Below, piece after piece: positions 61,756 through 64,000 of a stretch of DNA of 64,000 nt (position 1 is its first letter; every line of letters starts with the position of its first letter). The notes beneath the pieces are model-generated. The model searched no databases and was not told the origin of the DNA. It saw only the letters and a list, made by a program, of their open reading frames with translations. The position numbers were made by a program, and so were the translations under genes. The DNA lies in NCBI GenBank assembly GCA_963693365.1, contig CAVNZM010000004.1:4464064-4528063 (forward strand), given 5' to 3'. Source of the DNA: Amoebidium appalachense (lineage: Eukaryota > Protista > Ichthyosporea).

Positions 61756-62060
61756 ACCTCCCCCCACTCCAAATGGACCTCCTCTCCTTGCTGCCTCTTC
61801 ATCCCACTCCTTCCCCATCAAGAGTTTGAACATCCCAGCTACGATAAGTGGCCGTACGACCACTACACACCACACGAAACCACCCCGTAAAGCGCTACAT
61901 AGCTGTGTGCAGTACTGACTGCACGCACGGCCCTGGCATGTGTACGAAATATCCATTGACATCACACGATGTGCACGTTTACTCTTAAACGGTATTATAT
62001 ACCCGAGTATAGTGCTGCTGGGGCAGATCTCACGGGCCGGCTGGCCTTTCACTCCCTGCC

Positions 62061-62131
62061 CAACCCACCACATCTTATGTGGTACAACCCACCACATCTT
62101 CTTATGTGGTACAACCCACCACACCTTATGT
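62061..62131. repeat. Three copies of a 24-27 bp unit CAACCCACCACATCTTATGTGGTA
   Basis: Visible tandem repeat; unit lengths are multiples of 3. Confidence 0.85.
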
Positions 62132-63084
62132 GATATCAATGACAAACACAAATTCTACCTGTGGTTTTCAGCTCGCAAGCAGTGAAGGTTTGGTTTACAC
62201 GGTCTATATATTGTGGGAAACGGTGGGAGCACAGCCTCTCGTGTGCGCGTGTGGCGAGCTACATATACACCCACGAGCACACGCCCGGACACCTCAAGAA
62301 GTAGAAGTACGCATAGTATACATACACTGTGATACACGGCTGCTATTCACAGTGCCATACACACGGTCCACTCAAGGCTGCCGTGTGCACTCAGTATTCA
62401 TAATGTGCGTGTGGAGCGAGCAGCAAGCACGAACACCAGAGGGGGATCGAAGGGGAAGAAGAGGAGACACTGTTGCCAAAAGTGTGCTAGTTGCCTGGTA
62501 AATGTGTCACAGGGGTAGAGAGTCCGATGGAGGGAAAAGCATGCAGAGGCTGGGGCCCGGGGACCATAAAGCCAAGAAGAGCAACAGCTCACTAGGTTTT
62601 TTCACACACGTAGACTTGAAAAACGTCAGTTGCCATATATTATTCAGTAGGGAAGCCCACCCGGCGCAGCAGCCATCTACCGTTGGTTTCTGCAGCTCCC
62701 GGGGCTGCACGAGCGTCAAATAAAGTTCCCTCACATACTTACATCTTCTACGTTACTTCTAGATAAATAAAGCTTTCATAAAAAACAGAAACCTGCTACA
62801 CTCATTGTAGTACTGCTATTGCTTATATCTGTGCGGTGCCAGGAGAGGAAGGCCAAATACGGAAAAGGTAAAAAGGGTCGTGACGTTTTGGTACCCGAGC
62901 AGTTCTTCATACGTTCCTGCGTTACAGTTCTATGAGCGTTAAATTTCGAAGTTACAGGAAACACATGGTTTGATCCAAAAACAAAAAAACACGACTTCGC
63001 ATGCCTGCTGTTAAAAAAGGCGCTCACAGACGCCACACTAAGTTTAGTTTTGCCGTCTGCTCAACACAGCGCCGGCGCCTCAGC

Positions 63085-63396
63085 TCAGAAATCGTGCCCG
63101 AACAGGGATTGCTCCTTGGCGAAATACTCAGACTTCATATATGACGGCGTCGGGGCAGGCCTCATTTTCAAGCCGTCTCTCTCCACTGGTGCTGGTTTTG
63201 TCGGTGCCTTTGCCTCCACTTTGACCTGTGTCCGTGCTGGCGCTGTTGCCTTGAAGGCAGCTTCAGAGTCCTGGACGACATCCTTGCCGGTCAGTCGCTT
63301 GAAAATCGAAAAAGAAAGAGGCCGCCGTGCGATGGTCTCAACCGTGTGTCTGCGGCAGAGGCGCGCGGTAGTCTGGCAGGCGTACGAGGAAATCAT
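63085..63396 (-). CDS. Small intronless hypothetical protein (103 aa), probable mitochondrial presequence
   Basis: Repeat-free ORF MISSYACQTTARLCRRHTVETIARRPLSFSIFKRLTG...KSEYFAKEQSLFGHDF with Arg/Ser/Thr-rich N-terminus and an AAAATG start context. Confidence 0.6.
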   Translation of the reverse strand: MISSYACQTTARLCRRHTVETIARRPLSFSIFKRLTGKDVVQDSEAAFKATAPARTQVKVEAKAPTKPAPVERDGLKMRPAPTPSYMKSEYFAKEQSLFGHDF

Positions 63397-64000
63397 TTTC
63401 AAAAGTTTGGAAGACCTATGTGCCGGCTTATGCTAAACGGAACGATGTGATGGAAGCCGACTTGTTGCCGTAGAGGGAATAATCAACCACGAGGGATAAA
63501 AACCGGGTGAACCTTTTGCTGATGTGTATAAAACAACCGTACTCAAGGGCTGCTACAGGTTTAGTGGAGAAACGTAACGATGTATATTTTGAAATCCCAG
63601 CACTTCCTTCTTGCACAATCTTCGCAAAACTTTGCAAAAAAAGCCGTCTGCTTCAGCGGCTGAGGTTGTTTTTATATCAGCCGGAGCCGCTCATTTGCCA
63701 ATCCGCCGATCAAAAAAATGCTCCGTCTCATGGCAGGCGCATGATGCTTAGCGAATCAAATATAACAAATAAAAGTGAACTGGTGAACTGGCCAGTGCTC
63801 ATTTCGGGTTAATAATCACAGACAACAGACATAGCTTGTTATTGCTTTAAATTTGGATTTTTTCATTAGTTAGCAAACCAAAATTAAAAAATATACTTAT
63901 CACTTACCATTCATGTAGCCCTAGTTGCATATTGGCTACATACTGTACAGGCCTAAATCTTTAGTCGGCTTGGCTTTCACTAAGTGACAGGAACTTCAAT

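Overview
Eukaryotic nuclear DNA, probably from a protist (lineage not determinable here). GT-AG introns are packed with poly-G/poly-C runs and (CA/TG)n, (CT/AG)n and (GCAC)n microsatellites, while exons and promoters are nearly repeat-free. Most ORFs in the supplied track are artefacts of these repeats. Manual splicing gives about 10 genes: a tentative mitochondrial UbiA/COQ2-like gene (-) with part of it duplicated; a Ser/Thr kinase of at least 16 exons ending in a Cys/His finger (+); a cathepsin D/PEP4-type aspartic protease (-); a small permuted papain-fold (PPPDE/LRAT-like) protein (+); a TatD-fold protein with two CCHC zinc knuckles whose canonical metal/catalytic residues are nearly all replaced (-); a CBM48 protein (-); an intact TatD nuclease (+); a membrane-anchored alpha/beta hydrolase (+); an intronless mTERF-like ORF with an in-frame 258-bp duplication (+); and a small mitochondrial-type ORF (-). 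The most notable signals are the zinc-knuckle pseudo-TatD about 9 kb from an active TatD, and a consistent intron grammar: weak donors followed by poly-C, (CA)n in place of the polypyrimidine tract, and complementary G-rich/C-rich intron halves. All gene models are hand-built with no transcript or database support.
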